A stretch of DNA of 64,000 nucleotides. Source: Patescibacteria group bacterium. GTDB taxonomy: Bacteria > Patescibacteriota > Patescibacteriia > Buchananbacterales > UBA6539. The position numbers and the translations under genes were made by a program. Positions 50,467 to 60,857 of the stretch are shown one piece after another. Each line of letters opens with the position of its first letter. Position 1 is the first letter of the stretch. The notes under the pieces are model-generated. The model was not told where the DNA came from and made no database searches. It saw only the letters and a list, made by a program, of their open reading frames with translations. The stretch is from the NCBI GenBank assembly GCA_041649675.1, contig JBAZMQ010000004.1:16338-80337 (forward strand). The letters are read 5' to 3'.

Positions 50467-50949
50467 ATGAGAAAGAAACAAGGTTTTACTCTTATTGAGT
50501 TGTTGGTAGTTATTGCCATTATTGGGCTTTTGTCCACTTTGGCAGTAGTTTCATTAAATTCCGCTCGTCAGAAGGCCAGGGATGCCAAGCGGGTGGCTGA
50601 TATTAAACAAATTCAGACCGCTTTAGAGCTTTATTTCAACGACAATAATAGTTATCCTAACGACGTTGGTGCTGATGTGACTTTGGGTGGATCGGCTAGT
50701 AATAATTGTTTGGGTAATGACGGTTTCAATACCGCTGGTAGCACTTGTTCAGCGCCAGTTTATATGGGCTTAATTCCTTCTAATCCAACACCCGGTGGAA
50801 CAGCCTATATTTATCAAGGGGTAGGCGAAACCGGTGGTTATTGCCAAACTGGCATTTGTCCTAAATATCAAATTACATTTAGTTTAGAAGGCAAGACCGG
50901 TGGTTTAGAATCAGGTCTCCATACTGCTTATCAAGACGGAATGAAATAA
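50467..50949 (+). CDS. Type IV major pilin 2
   Basis: MRKKQG|FTLIELL, strong SD, own TGnTATAAT near 50387. Confidence 0.93.
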   Translation: MRKKQGFTLIELLVVIAIIGLLSTLAVVSLNSARQKARDAKRVADIKQIQTALELYFNDNNSYPNDVGADVTLGGSASNNCLGNDGFNTAGSTCSAPVYMGLIPSNPTPGGTAYIYQGVGETGGYCQTGICPKYQITFSLEGKTGGLESGLHTAYQDGMK

Positions 50950-50965
50950 TTTCTAAATATAGATC

Positions 50966-51003
50966 AAAACAAGGCTTTGCTCTTCGGTGAGGCCTTGTTT
51001 TTT
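50966..51003 (+). terminator. Intrinsic terminator after pilin 2
   Basis: aaaacaaggc/gccttgtttt followed by a T-run. Confidence 0.75.
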
Positions 51004-51102
51004 GCCAGTTTTATGGTTTGTCTTATTTGTTTTTGTAAGGTAAAATTAAGATATAACCGCTTAATTAATTAAGGTAAGTTTTGGTTACTTTATTAATGTT
51101 TT

Positions 51103-51849
51103 ATGTATAGTTTTTTCATCTTTATCCTAGGACTGATAGTTGGTAGTTTTTTAAATGTGGTTATTCTGCGGCTAGGGACTAAAAAGTCGTTTTTCACCGG
51201 CCGGTCCCAATGCCCTTGTTGCGGCAAAAAAATTGCGGCTTACGACAATATTCCTCTAGTCAGTTTTATTCTTCTGCGCGGTCATTGTCGTAATTGTAAG
51301 AAAAATATTTCTTGGCAGTATCCTTTAATTGAATTACTCACTGCTTTTATTTTTGTTTGGTTCTCTCTGCGTTTTGGTTTAACGGCGCAGTTTTTAATTT
51401 ACTCAATTTTTAGTAGTTTTTTAATAGTCATTTTTGTCTATGATCTTAAAAACTATTTGATCCTGGATCAAATTACAATCCCAGCAATGGTCATTGCTTT
51501 TTTTTCCAGTCTATACTTGGGCCTCGGTCTAGGGAATATAATTTTAGCCGCTATTATTGGCAGCGGCTTTTTTGCCCTTCAGTACTTTATTTCAAAAGGT
51601 AAATGGGTTGGTGATGGTGATATTCGCCTAGGGGCTTTAATGGGTTTAATGCTGGGTTGGAAATTTTTGTTAGTCGCTTTATTTTTGGCCTATATTATTG
51701 GTAGCATCTTTGGTCTCACTTTAATTTTGGTGGGCAAAAAAAAGATGTCTTCGGCCGTACCTTTTGGTCCGTTTTTAACTCTTGGTACCTTCATTGCTTT
51801 GATTTACGGGCAATCAATTTTAAATTGGTATTTTAATTTACTTTATTGA
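51103..51849 (+). CDS. pilD: Prepilin peptidase PilD
   Basis: GSFLNVVI.R, two CxxC, YDL, GDGD, VPFGPFL. Confidence 0.95.
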   Translation: MYSFFIFILGLIVGSFLNVVILRLGTKKSFFTGRSQCPCCGKKIAAYDNIPLVSFILLRGHCRNCKKNISWQYPLIELLTAFIFVWFSLRFGLTAQFLIYSIFSSFLIVIFVYDLKNYLILDQITIPAMVIAFFSSLYLGLGLGNIILAAIIGSGFFALQYFISKGKWVGDGDIRLGALMGLMLGWKFLLVALFLAYIIGSIFGLTLILVGKKKMSSAVPFGPFLTLGTFIALIYGQSILNWYFNLLY

Positions 51850-52502
51850 TGAACAGATTTTTAGTTAAAAAATCATCACGACGTTTCCCCTCAGCCGGTT
51901 TTACCGTAATTGATCTTTTGGTTTCAGTAGCGATACTGGGAATAATGCTTACTTTTGTTTTAGCTAACTTTCGGGCCGCTAAAACTAGCGGTGATTTAGA
52001 TGTTGTTATTAAAAGAATTGTTGACGGGATTACTACGGTTAGAAATATGAGTTTAGGCGGTCAACTGACCAACAGTTCTTTCCCCGAAGGTGGTTATGGC
52101 ATCCATTTTGATTTTGATAATCCCAACCGTTATATTTTGTTTTTAGCGGCTGTAGCTGGTAATAGCTATATTCCTAATGTTAACGGATTAAGTAATGGTA
52201 TTGTTGAATTTGACGGCATTAAATTAACAGAAGTTTGTGGCCATAAAGAGTTACAATTAAATGAAACTTTGGGTTTACCTTGTACCGACAGTTGGCAAAG
52301 AATTAATTGGCAAACAGCTGGCGATTTTATGGAAATTAAATTCTTAGCTTACAATGAAATGGCCATTAATTATTCTAACTATCAATTAAGTGATGACTTT
52401 AAATATATTGGCGGGGTTGTTAGCCAGGAAAAAACTGGTCAAACCGGCTATTTCTATGTTTCCTTAGTTTCCGGCTTAATTTCTGGTGATTTAAAAAGAT
52501 GA
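51849..52502 (+). CDS. Minor pilin (FimT/FimU-like)
   Basis: AG|FTVIDLLV with Asp at +5. TGATG overlap with pilD. Confidence 0.75.
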   Translation: MNRFLVKKSSRRFPSAGFTVIDLLVSVAILGIMLTFVLANFRAAKTSGDLDVVIKRIVDGITTVRNMSLGGQLTNSSFPEGGYGIHFDFDNPNRYILFLAAVAGNSYIPNVNGLSNGIVEFDGIKLTEVCGHKELQLNETLGLPCTDSWQRINWQTAGDFMEIKFLAYNEMAINYSNYQLSDDFKYIGGVVSQEKTGQTGYFYVSLVSGLISGDLKR

Positions 52503-53104
52503 AAAATAAGAAAAAATTACAATTTGGCCAAAGCTTATTAGAAACAATTTTTGCAATCGGCATTCTATTGATTGTGTTAGCAGCAATTCTGGCTTTGGTT
52601 ACCTCCTCGGTGATTGGTCAAAAAGAAAGTGAATCGCAAATTATTGCTAATAATTTGGGCCGGGAAGCAATTGAAGCGGTTAGAAATATCCGTGATTCAA
52701 ATTGGCTAGGCAATCAGCAATGGGATTTGGGTTTGGTTGACCCGGTAACTGCCTCTGGCTATACTGCTGCCCGAGCCGATATTTCTGATACTGGCAGTTG
52801 GCAACTGAGTTTTTTTTCCGATCAGGAAATCAATAATAAAGATTTACTTTACGTTTCGCCTCTGGGCATTTATAGCCATAATCCGATTGGCAGCGAGCAA
52901 TCACTTTTTTCTCGTCATTTAACCTTGGAAAGTATTTGTCAGGGAAAAGATTTGGCTGGCAATTATCTAGCTGAGGTAATTAAAAGGACTTGCGATCAAA
53001 CTGAATTGAAAGTCGGTATTAAAGTTAAAGCAATAGTTCAATGGCAAGAACGCGGCCGACTTCGGCAAGTAGTTTTAGATGATTTAATTTATGAATGGAA
53101 ATAA
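52499..53104 (+). CDS. Minor pilin (PilV-like)
   Basis: G|QSLLETIFAIGI, A.NL.REAIEAVRNIRD. Confidence 0.8.
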   Translation: MKNKKKLQFGQSLLETIFAIGILLIVLAAILALVTSSVIGQKESESQIIANNLGREAIEAVRNIRDSNWLGNQQWDLGLVDPVTASGYTAARADISDTGSWQLSFFSDQEINNKDLLYVSPLGIYSHNPIGSEQSLFSRHLTLESICQGKDLAGNYLAEVIKRTCDQTELKVGIKVKAIVQWQERGRLRQVVLDDLIYEWK

Positions 53105-53885
53105 TTACAAAAAAATAAAATCCGGATTTACCTTAATTGAAATTTTAGTGGTTTTAGGGATATTTTCGCTTTTAGTGGTTGTTATTATTAATGTTTTTTT
53201 ATTAGCTTTGCAGTCTCAGCGGCAGACTTCCAGTCGTCAAAAATCCTTATCAAATCTTCGCTATGTGACCGAAACCATTGCCCAACGTATCCGAACTTCA
53301 GAGATTAATTATTCAGGTTATGACAACAATATTATTACCAATCCAAACGACAAATTGGCTTTAATTGATCAAGCCGGTAACAAGTTAAATTATTTTAAAG
53401 AGGGGGACAGTATTAAATTTGAAAACGAATCAAGCGGCGAGCAGGCCTTAATTACCGATCTGAGCCAAGTTAAGGTAGTTAATTTATCTTTTTATATTAA
53501 TCCAGTAACCGATCCTTTTACCGAAGATCGCTGCAATGAAGACGCCGATTGCAAAAATTCGTTAATCTCCCTTGGCGGCGGCTGCAGTTTGTTAGGTAAA
53601 ATCTGCAAGGCCGGATCGAATAAAGGCAAACCTTGTTCTTCAGTTAATGATTGTGCTGGTAATGAATGTTATTCCCCGGAATTTAAAGTTGGATTTTGCC
53701 AATGCAGCCAAAATGCCGATTGTAAAACAAATTATTGTCAGCCAAGCGAACATCTGTGCGTGCCGCTTGACCGTCAGCCGCTGGTAACAATGGTTTTGGG
53801 TTTTCAGTCAGTGGGGACAAAAGTTGAGCAGCAAAAAACAATTTATTTACAAACTACTATTTCCAGCCGGATTTATAAGCGTTAA
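53091..53885 (+). CDS. Minor pilin (PilW-like) with a Cys-rich insert
   Basis: SG|FTLIEILVV, Cys-rich segment, C-terminal LQTTISSR. Confidence 0.82.
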   Translation: MNGNNYKKIKSGFTLIEILVVLGIFSLLVVVIINVFLLALQSQRQTSSRQKSLSNLRYVTETIAQRIRTSEINYSGYDNNIITNPNDKLALIDQAGNKLNYFKEGDSIKFENESSGEQALITDLSQVKVVNLSFYINPVTDPFTEDRCNEDADCKNSLISLGGGCSLLGKICKAGSNKGKPCSSVNDCAGNECYSPEFKVGFCQCSQNADCKTNYCQPSEHLCVPLDRQPLVTMVLGFQSVGTKVEQQKTIYLQTTISSRIYKR

Positions 53886-53887
53886 TT

Positions 53888-54760
53888 ATGACAAGGATTT
53901 TTAAAAAACAATCAGGCATGGTCTTAATTCTGGTAATTTTAATTATTACTGCAGTTTTGGGTACGGCCGCAATTTTTAGTACTTTAATTGTCCGTGATAT
54001 CCAGCAGTCCCGTTTAATTGACCAATCAATCCAAGCCTATTATTTAGCTGAAAGCGGAGCGGAACGGTCTTTGTACCAGGTCCGACGGCGAGAGGCAATA
54101 ACTGATTGTGAAAAAGTGACACTGTCTGGTGTTTGTGATGATAACGGTTATTGTGTTGCTAATTCAACGATCCCTTGCGTTAACCAGGCCGGTGGCTTTG
54201 ATTGGAGTATTCGCGGCGGTTGGCAGATAAAAGCCAGTAACGAAACCGAAACATCATTTTCCTTCAGTCCCGGACAGTCTTTTCAAATTGATCTATTTAA
54301 TCCTTATCAATCAGGTGGTTCCAATATTCGGTCAGTTGGTGTTGATTGCAATATACCCAACCTTACTTTAAACGCAGAGTTTACTAATTTGTCTAATATT
54401 TTAAAAATCAGTAATTCTAATTGTTTAAACCAGCCGCCAGTATTTAAACAGGCAATTGATTCTTACCCTAATTCCATTGCGACTTTGGATGGCCGAGATA
54501 TCTTTACTGATTGTGCTTATAGTTTTCGTTTAACTTATCCGGTTGTTAGCGCCAACGATTCCAATGTCGCTACGGTGGTTACTTTAAAAGTTTATGATTC
54601 AGTTGGCAGTCAAATTGATATTCCCAGTCGTTTAATTATTGATTCCCAAGCGACCTTTGGTAATTCTTTTCAAAAGATTCGGGTTAGAACGCCAATGCGT
54701 CCGCCGTTATCCGGTCTTTATGATTTTGTTTTATTTTCCGAACAACCAATAATTAAGTAA
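53888..54760 (+). CDS. Minor pilin (PilX-like)
   Basis: SG|MVLILVIL without Glu5, and AYYLAESGAE. Confidence 0.82.
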   Translation: MTRIFKKQSGMVLILVILIITAVLGTAAIFSTLIVRDIQQSRLIDQSIQAYYLAESGAERSLYQVRRREAITDCEKVTLSGVCDDNGYCVANSTIPCVNQAGGFDWSIRGGWQIKASNETETSFSFSPGQSFQIDLFNPYQSGGSNIRSVGVDCNIPNLTLNAEFTNLSNILKISNSNCLNQPPVFKQAIDSYPNSIATLDGRDIFTDCAYSFRLTYPVVSANDSNVATVVTLKVYDSVGSQIDIPSRLIIDSQATFGNSFQKIRVRTPMRPPLSGLYDFVLFSEQPIIK

Positions 54761-54769
54761 GTAAGATAA

Positions 54770-56833
<2,064 letters not shown>

Positions 56834-56850
56834 AAAATTTTAGTCTAACG

Positions 56851-57394
56851 AAAAGCACCCCCTTATGATAGTACTTTTTTCTGTCATTGTCTGTCTGTGT
56901 TTGAGGCAGGGCCAAGCATGCTAAAAGGGGGTGCAAAAATTGGTGTTTGGGTTGCCGAGGAAGGGTTTGAACCTTCAGGGCTTCAAAATTAATTGTGCAG
57001 CTACCCGGCAACACTGACGGAAAGAGTTTGTCGTTGCCCGGCGGCAACGATGCTTTTCGGTTCAGTCTTTTTAGGGTGAAGTAAAGAAAGATTGAAATGT
57101 TGGAAATCATTCGAACCGTACAGATAGTTCGCCCGAAAAGCATGGTTTTAGCAACCCGGGGAGAGTTGCTGGGAAAAGTTTACCATATCAGTTTGCAAAC
57201 CTCTTGGACAAGTGGTCACAAAACTAAGAAACAATGGTAAGCTTTACCAGCTGAAATTTCTGCTGCCTGATATTTCAGGCAAGGTAGGGGCCTGTCGGTT
57301 GCGACGGGGTAATCGCTTTGGGGCAGGGGGGATCCTCCTAACAGACAATTTCAGTGTTTTCTCTCGCAGGAGAAAATTTTTTTAGCTACTGATA
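56851..57394 (-). ncRNA. Candidate large structured ncRNA (~540 nt) with a tRNA-like domain; strand uncertain
   Basis: Eight consecutive stem-closed modules. A minus-strand promoter lies upstream and a stem plus U-tract at the end. No credible ORF. Confidence 0.55.
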
Positions 57395-57400
57395 ACTTAC

Positions 57401-57450
57401 AGTATAATCTTTTTCTTTGACTTGTCAAACCAAAATAATCCTTATATACT
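57401..57450. promoter_or_regulatory. Divergent overlapping sigma70 promoters
   Basis: Minus strand: TTGACA (57428-57423)-16 nt-TATACT (57406-57401). Plus strand: TTGTCA (57422-57427)-17 nt-TATACT (57445-57450), toward gatC. Confidence 0.6.
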
Positions 57451-57547
57451 GTAATAGTAAATTCTAAGCCCAAAATATCAAATTTAGAATTTGAGATTTG
57501 TTTGGAAATTGGAATTTTGAATTTTGTATTTATCTTTAACTACAACT

Positions 57548-57838
57548 ATGGCTTTATCAAAAAAAGACGTTGAACATATTGCTTTGTTAGCCCGGCTTGG
57601 GTTAACTGAGGCTGAAAAGGAGAAATTTGCCAGTCAACTTTCTTCAATTTTAGATTACTTTGAGCAGCTTAAGGAAGTTAATACAAACGGGGTTGAGCCA
57701 ACCGCCCAAGTGACTGGTTTGGAAAACGTATTAAGAGATGATGTTGTTGAAAGTTATGATGCTGAAACAATGAAAAAATTGGTTGATTTAGCACCGGAGC
57801 ATGAAGATAATTTGGTCAAGACTAAATCGGTTTTTTAA
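57548..57838 (+). CDS. gatC: Asp/Glu-tRNA amidotransferase subunit C
   Basis: VEHIALLARL, LSSILDYFEQL, VEPT, LRDD. ATG at 57548. Confidence 0.95.
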   Translation: MALSKKDVEHIALLARLGLTEAEKEKFASQLSSILDYFEQLKEVNTNGVEPTAQVTGLENVLRDDVVESYDAETMKKLVDLAPEHEDNLVKTKSVF

Positions 57839-57840
57839 TA

Positions 57841-57909
57841 AGCAATTTAACAATGTAACAATTTAGCAATTGAGCCTTTAGGTTGAATTGTTAAATTGTT
57901 AAATTGTTA
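57841..57909. repeat. Inverted repeat built from octamer units
   Basis: agcaattt aacaatgt aacaattt agcaattg ... (aattgtta)x3, ending at the gatA ATG. Confidence 0.8.
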
Positions 57910-59378
57910 TGAACTTAAACGAACTGACAATTAAAGAAGCCAATGAAGGCTTGAAGAAAAAAGATTTTTCCAGCTTGGAACTGACCAAGGCTTGCTTGGC
58001 TCAAATCAAAAAAACCGATGATAAGATAAAATCTTTTATTACCGTGACTTCAGATTTGGCTTTGCAGCAGGCCAAGGCTTCAGACAAGGTTGGTGATTTT
58101 TCTGACCCCTTAACCGGTATTCCTTTGGCGGTTAAAGATTGTTTTTGTACCAAAGATGTTAAAACTACCGGTGGCTCAAAAATTTTGCAAAATTATATTC
58201 CGCCATACTCAGCTACGACCATTGAAAAACTGGAAGCTAAGAAATCAGTTATGCTAGGCAAGGTCAATTTGGACGAATTTACTATGGGTTCGTCAACTGA
58301 AAACTCTGGTTTTTTCCCAACCCATAATCCCTGGGATTTAAGCAGGGTACCGGGCGGGAGTTCTGGCGGTTCAGCTTCGGCGGTTTGCGCCAATCAAACC
58401 TTATTCGCTTTAGGCACTGATACTGGCGGTTCAATTCGTGAACCAGCTTCCTTTTGTGGTATTACCGGTTTGAAAGTTACTTATGGCCGAGTGTCGCGTT
58501 ACGGTGTAATGTCTTACGCTTCATCTTTTGATACCATTGGTCCGTTAACTAAAACCGTAGAGGATGCCGCCATGGTTTTAAATGCTTTAGCCGGGGCTGA
58601 TGCCAAAGACTCAACCACACCGCCAGTTGCCGTACCGGATTATACTGCCAATTTATCCAAAGACATTAAAGGTATGAAAATTGGCGTGCCGAAAGAATAT
58701 TTTGTCGCTGGTATGGATCCGCAAGTTGAAAAAACCATCAAGCAAGCGATTGCCAAGTTTGAAGATTTGGGCGCTAAAGTTTCTGAAGTCAGCCTGCCTT
58801 TAACCAAATATGCCATTGCCACTTATTATATTCTAGTTAAATCCGAAGCCAGTGCTAACTTAGCCCGTTATGATGGTGTCCGTTATGGTTATTCAGCCAA
58901 GGCTGAAACTTTGTTGGATAATTATTTGCAAAGCCGCGCTCAAGGTTTTGGCCCGGAAGTCAAGCGCAGCATTATGATGGGTACTTATACTTTGTCAGCT
59001 GGTTACTATGACGCTTACTACTTAAAAGCGGCTAAGGTTCGGACTTTAATTAAGCAGGATTTTGAAAAAGTATTATCTCAAGTTGATTGCTTAATGACGC
59101 CGGTAGCGCCAACTGTGGCTTTTAAATTGGGTGAAAAAGTTGACGATCCTTTGACCATGTATTTAGCCGACATTTTTACTATTTCAATGAATATTGCTGG
59201 TGTACCCGCCTTGTCTATCCCTTGTGGCTTTGTGAAACCCAAAGACGGTAAAACTGAAATGCCGGTTGGTTTGCAAATAATTGGTAAGCAGTTTGCCGAA
59301 GGAACAATTTTGCAAATTGGCCACAATTTTCAAAAAGCTTCTGATTGGCACAAAAGACAGCCGATTATAGAAGAATAG
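57909..59378 (+). CDS. gatA: Asp/Glu-tRNA amidotransferase subunit A
   Basis: PGGSSGGSA, GTDTGGSIR, NLARYDGVRYG, GYYDAYY. Confidence 0.97.
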   Translation: MNLNELTIKEANEGLKKKDFSSLELTKACLAQIKKTDDKIKSFITVTSDLALQQAKASDKVGDFSDPLTGIPLAVKDCFCTKDVKTTGGSKILQNYIPPYSATTIEKLEAKKSVMLGKVNLDEFTMGSSTENSGFFPTHNPWDLSRVPGGSSGGSASAVCANQTLFALGTDTGGSIREPASFCGITGLKVTYGRVSRYGVMSYASSFDTIGPLTKTVEDAAMVLNALAGADAKDSTTPPVAVPDYTANLSKDIKGMKIGVPKEYFVAGMDPQVEKTIKQAIAKFEDLGAKVSEVSLPLTKYAIATYYILVKSEASANLARYDGVRYGYSAKAETLLDNYLQSRAQGFGPEVKRSIMMGTYTLSAGYYDAYYLKAAKVRTLIKQDFEKVLSQVDCLMTPVAPTVAFKLGEKVDDPLTMYLADIFTISMNIAGVPALSIPCGFVKPKDGKTEMPVGLQIIGKQFAEGTILQIGHNFQKASDWHKRQPIIEE

Positions 59379-59388
59379 CCAGGTCGTT

Positions 59389-59496
59389 AAATTTCAAATA
59401 AATCACAAATATCAAATCCAAAATTTTTATAACTCGTTTTGGGTTTTAAATATTGTAATTTATAATTTGTTTGGAATTTAGAATTTATTATTTGGT
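59389..59496. repeat. Degenerate heptamer-periodic inverted repeat (similar element at 57459-57532)
   Basis: aaatttc aaat.. aaatatc aaatcc ... atttgtttggaatttagaattt. Confidence 0.55.
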
Positions 59497-59573
59497 GCTT
59501 TTGTGCTCTTGCTTAAAGAGTCCATTAATGATAAAATATTAAATATTATTAATTATTATTAACAAGTTAAATT

Positions 59574-60326
59574 ATGGCAGAAAAAAAATTCTTTGACATG
59601 TCGCCAACCCAAAGCTTGGTTTTTGGCTTAATTTCTGGCGTTGCTGTCATTAGTTTGATTGGTTTTTTGTTTCTTTTGGTCGGTGGCCAAGTTAGTTTTG
59701 GAGCAAAAAGCGATAAATCAGACAAGGTAGTGAATGTTAACGCTAATGTTAACACTAATGTTAATCCGACTCCAACCCAGGCCGAGCCGGAAGCGGCTAG
59801 TGATGTTACTAAACTTTCACCAGTTACCAGCGCTGACCATATTCGTGGCAATGCCAATGCCAAAGTTACTTTAATTGTGATTTCTGATTTCCAGTGCCCT
59901 TACTGCCAGCGACATGAGCCAACTATGCAGCAAGTCTTAAAAAATTATGGTGATAAAGTAAGAATTGTTTGGCGCAATTTTCCATTAACCAGTATTCATC
60001 CTTACGCTGAAAAAGCAGCGGAAGCGGCTGAATGTGCCGGTGAGCAGGACAAATTTTGGGAGATGCATGATAAGCTATTTGAAAACCAAAGTGCTTTGAC
60101 TAATGATGACTTAAAGTCTTATGCTAAAGCTTTGGGTTTAAATACATCTAAATTTAATGATTGTTTGGATTCAAGCAAAATGGCTGCCAAAATTGCCAAA
60201 CAGTCCGAAGAATCTCAAGCCGCTGGCGTCTCTGGTACTCCAGGTACATTTGTTAATGATCAGTTAGTCAAAGGTGCTTATCCGTACGATACCTTCAAGA
60301 CCATGATTGATGCTTTGCTAAAGTAA
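59574..60326 (+). CDS. dsbA: Membrane-anchored DsbA-family thiol-disulfide oxidoreductase
   Basis: SDFQCPYC, RNFPL, AAEAAECA, GVSGTP. Confidence 0.9.
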   Translation: MAEKKFFDMSPTQSLVFGLISGVAVISLIGFLFLLVGGQVSFGAKSDKSDKVVNVNANVNTNVNPTPTQAEPEAASDVTKLSPVTSADHIRGNANAKVTLIVISDFQCPYCQRHEPTMQQVLKNYGDKVRIVWRNFPLTSIHPYAEKAAEAAECAGEQDKFWEMHDKLFENQSALTNDDLKSYAKALGLNTSKFNDCLDSSKMAAKIAKQSEESQAAGVSGTPGTFVNDQLVKGAYPYDTFKTMIDALLK

Positions 60327-60346
60327 AAAATCTAGCTACTCAAATA

Positions 60347-60379
60347 AAAATGGCCGAGGCTTAATGCCTCGGTCGTTTT
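60347..60379 (+). terminator. Intrinsic terminator after dsbA
   Basis: aaaatggccgaggc/gcctcggtcgtttt. Confidence 0.75.
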
Positions 60380-60402
60380 GGATTGGTAAAATCATTGAAT
60401 AT

Positions 60403-60520
60403 TTGACAAAAATCAATAAATATGTTAATATCTAGGGTTCAAATTGCGCCGCTGACCTGTTGTTAGCTAAGCAATTTTGAGCTCTTTGAAAATGGCTGAA
60501 ATTTAGTGTGGATTTCAGTT
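60403..60520 (+). promoter_or_regulatory. Promoter and structured leader with a boxA-like motif
   Basis: TTGACA-17 nt-TAATAT with extended TG. Hairpin at 60437-60482, gctctttgaaa at 60481-60491, second hairpin at 60494-60520. Confidence 0.55.
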
Positions 60521-60560
60521 TTGAAAAATGAAACACAACAAGGAAAGGAGACGTCAAGTT

Positions 60561-60857
60561 ATGAGTACCATTAGAACCTCAGGACACGATGTCAACCAAG
60601 TACCAGGTTATGCCGAATGGGCAAACTGGTGGCGAGCCCAAATGGTTCAAAACCGAACATTGGATGCGTTTACGGTTGTTAATGCCGCAGCCGGTGCTAG
60701 CTCTCGCACTGATGCTTACAGGCGGGGCTGTCGTTTCGGTTTAGGTGATCACAGTGCGAGAAGGGCAGGCAATTTATGGAAGTTCCTTCATGATTCAGGG
60801 ATTAAGGAGGAGATGTTGAAGGTATTTGTCGTGAATAACAAGGGAGGTGAGTCATGA
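60561..60857 (+). CDS. Hypothetical protein (98 aa)
   Basis: SD aggaaaggag before ATG 60561. ATGA overlap with the next gene. Confidence 0.6.
   Translation: MSTIRTSGHDVNQVPGYAEWANWWRAQMVQNRTLDAFTVVNAAAGASSRTDAYRRGCRFGLGDHSARRAGNLWKFLHDSGIKEEMLKVFVVNNKGGES

Noticed and set aside
56955-56970. RNase P RNA (gaggaaggg resembles GAGGAAAGUCC)
   Set aside because: The motif match is incomplete and no complementary P4 3' strand was found.
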